Shown: positions 10,869 through 11,552 of the stretch, one piece after another
Position numbering within the stretch: position 1 is the first letter of the stretch
Layout: every line of letters begins with the position of its first letter
Source of the DNA: a virus
Taxonomy: Duplodnaviria; Heunggongvirae; Uroviricota; Caudoviricetes
Strand: one strand, 5' to 3'
IMG/VR virus record: IMGVR_UViG_2529293041_000008
Length of the DNA: 11,552 nucleotides
The notes under the pieces: generated by a model
Database searches by the model: none
What the model was told of the DNA's origin: nothing
Seen by the model: the letters and a program-made list of their open reading frames with translations, nothing else
Position numbers and translations under genes: made by a program

Positions 10869-10897
10869 AAACCGGAGTCCGGCTCCGGTTTTTGTTG
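10869..10897 (+). terminator. Terminator-like hairpin after the short fibre-paralog ORF
   Basis: Stem ACCGGAG (10871-10877) / CTCCGGT (10883-10889), loop TCCGG, extendable by A-T pairs, followed by TTTTGTTGT. The T tract is interrupted, so strength is uncertain. Confidence 0.5.
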
Positions 10898-11084
10898 TCA
10901 TGTCATGGTGATGTTTGTTAATGAAGGCTTGAGGGAATATTTATCCGTATGAAGGAATATGGTAATGCCTGGATTAATATCATATGTGTCATCGGCTTCA
11001 TCGTGAATGAGATGATGGAGCTGCGTCAGCAGGTAATGGAGGGGCAGATTGGTGGATTTCTCCTGGGAGGGGCTGTCTCTTATA

Positions 11085-11110
11085 CACAAATCCCCACCCG
11101 GGGATTTGTG
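11085..11110. repeat. Perfect 11-bp inverted repeat with 4-nt spacer (CACAAATCCCC-ACCC-GGGGATTTGTG) overlapping the inner part of the IS terminal repeat
   Basis: Arms 11085-11095 and 11100-11110 are exact reverse complements, read directly from the sequence. Confidence 0.8.
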
Positions 11111-11237
11111 ATGTCTGTCAGTCTGCTTTAGGGGGACTCTTTCCATCCGGTAGTTTCCTTCCTCCCCGGCAGCGATTTTTTGAACTTTTTCCTCACCCGT
11201 TGATCTTCTCTTATATTTCATTTTCTTCGGGTCTGTT

Positions 11238-11552
11238 ATGGTACTTTCTGATTGTTATTCATGGGCTAACGAGCAGTTTTGACATGCCCGTCTCGGTGAT
11301 CCGCGTCGTACACGACGCCTTGTGTCACTGGCCTCTTCTCTCGCTCAGCATGCAGGTCTTTCTATTGTGAAATCATCCCAGTCCACTGCTCAGGTTGAAG
11401 GTGCGTACCGCCTGATACGTAACCCGTCTGTGTCCCCGCAAGCCATTGCCGAAGCCGGATTTACCGCCACTGTAAGGGCATGTGAGGCTCATCCGCTGCT
11501 CCTCGCGCTGGAAGACACCACCACCATTAACTTCAGTCACAGTACGGCATCT
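11238..11552 (+). pseudogene. IS50/Tn5-like transposase N-terminal region (3' end outside window), interrupted by an in-frame TGA at codon 15 (11280-11282)
   Basis: MVLSDCYSWANEQF-TGA-HARLGDPRRTRRLVSLASSLAQHAGLSIVKSSQSTAQVEGAYRLIRNPSVSPQAIAEAGFTATVRACEAHPLLLALEDTTTINFSH aligns in frame with the Tn5 Tnp N-terminus as recalled (...DWAKSVFSSAALGDPRRTARLVNVAAQLAKYSGKSITISSEGSKAMQEGAYRFIRNPNVSAEAIRKAG...LLAIEDTTSLSYRH). The TGA falls at a sense position (Ser18 of Tn5 Tnp). Confidence 0.65.

Larger units (their letters stand above)
11073..11552 (+). mobile_element. IS4-family (IS50/Tn5-like) insertion sequence, left end and 5' part; element continues right of the window
   Basis: CTGTCTCTTATACACAAAT at 11073-11091 matches the Tn5 outside end CTGACTCTTATACACAAGT at 17 of 19 positions, and a Tn5-transposase-like ORF begins 165 bp inside, reading inward. 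Confidence 0.65.

Noticed and set aside
10898-11221. 107-aa minus-strand ORF
   Set aside because: Runs across the IS50-like terminal repeat and leader in antisense. Part of its sequence is dictated by the IS end and palindrome, and it has no RBS or recognisable domain.

Overview
This window is the distal tail-morphogenesis module of a lambda-like prophage from an enterobacterium (probably Escherichia coli), with an insertion sequence at each edge. All real genes are on the + strand: IS21-family istB 3' end and IS right terminus (1-398); tape-measure H remnant, N-terminally truncated by the IS and carrying two offsetting frameshifts (399-2742); M (2742-3071); L (3081-3779); K (3784-4527); I (4425-5072); J with one in-frame amber codon (5133-8546); lom moron (8616-9218); a side tail fibre with a lambda-Stf-like N-terminus, a 35-triplet collagen-like repeat and an early frameshift (9279-10549); a short ORF paralogous to the fibre C-terminal domain (10605-10853); and the left end of an IS50/Tn5-like element with its transposase N-terminus interrupted by an in-frame TGA (11073-11552). 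M, L, K and I look intact and keep the lambda layout. I found no rRNA, tRNA, CRISPR array or recognisable defence or toxin system. The most notable signals are the accumulation of single-base lesions in H, J, lom and stf, the loss of the Lom C-terminal Phe, the duplicated fibre C-terminal module, and the transposase TGA. Homology calls rest on my reading of the translations and recall of lambda and Tn5 proteins; no searches were run.
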